DNA of 64,000 bases from Mobula hypostoma (Eukaryota): positions 72,542,001 to 72,606,000 of the forward strand of contig NC_086108.1 in the NCBI RefSeq assembly GCF_963921235.1, read 5' to 3'. A model generated the notes under the pieces. The model was given only the letters and a program-made list of their open reading frames with translations. It did not search any database and had not been told where the DNA came from. How positions within the stretch are numbered: the stretch's first letter is position 1; each line of letters begins with the position of its first letter. Made by a program: the position numbers and the translations under genes. Positions 63,590-64,000 of this stretch are shown here, one piece after another.

Positions 63590-64000
63590 TTCATACTGTT
63601 GTTGTATTCCATCCATAATGCCAACCATAGTCCAATAGGGGTGCAGAAAGGCAGGAGCAACACCGGGCAAACTTTAAAAATGAGGCAGCAACCTGGAATA
63701 TAGCTGCATGGGATTATGAATATGTTAAAAAGGAAGCAGTTTGCAATAGACAGAGCATAACAATCTCACAGCCAACAGTTCAAACTGAAGCTATACAGTC
63801 CTGCCATATCAGGTTGTGAGCGGTGTTGAACAATTACAGAGATAACGAAAAGCGGAGGCTCCATGTACTTTCCCAGTCATAACAATGGTAGGCGGGAAAA
63901 TACTCAGCGGAAGCATTTGCAGCCATATTTAATGTAAAGTACTAGATAGGTGATTCAACTCAACTTCCTTCTGCAAAGTCTACCCCAAAGCCAAGTGTCT
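63590..64000 (+). mobile_element. Probable old CR1/L2-group LINE remnant running off the window edge
   Basis: Decayed gaagcatttgcagccatattt..agataggtgattca..cttcct resembles the pre-RT linker of such LINEs. Weak. Confidence 0.4.

Noticed and set aside
22327..64000. Further PIK3R exons or a nested tetraspanin on the minus strand
   Set aside because: I translated candidate acceptors by eye (e.g. ~25178, ~25809, ~31154, ~34220, ~41207, ~51073, ~62404) and none gave p85-like peptides; I saw no tetraspanin-like peptide either. A small divergent exon could have been missed.

Overview
This is eukaryotic, repeat-dense DNA that is almost entirely intronic. The repeat content (CR1 and Rex1/Babar LINEs, HE1/V-type and CORE tRNA-SINEs, RTE derivatives, Penelope-like elements) points to a cartilaginous fish, probably a batoid (inference). 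I can support only two protein-coding exons, both on the + strand: 16524-16616 (93 nt) and 22249-22326 (78 nt). They splice in frame to xPSGQELTELLTLPDQAPQIVMKLIEALEKQG/TESESLYRPPPGSHNGLQIKEALEI, the start of the BH (RhoGAP-like) domain of a p85-type class IA PI3K regulatory subunit, most likely a long SH3/BH-bearing form of PIK3R3 (paralog not certain). I did not find the SH3 exon or the next BH exon, so the flanking introns appear to exceed 16 kb and 41 kb. Most ORFs in the supplied track are transposon fragments or chance ORFs. Points of interest are decayed minimal hammerhead ribozymes in Penelope ends, an inverted pair of Tigger/pogo deletion derivatives, inverted CR1 fragments around the two symmetric exons, bipartite RTE-derived short elements, nested insertion stacks, a candidate antisense exon and candidate enhancer motif clusters. 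There is no prokaryote-type system such as CRISPR or an operon. Repeat boundaries were read by eye and are approximate unless a TSD or TIR is quoted.
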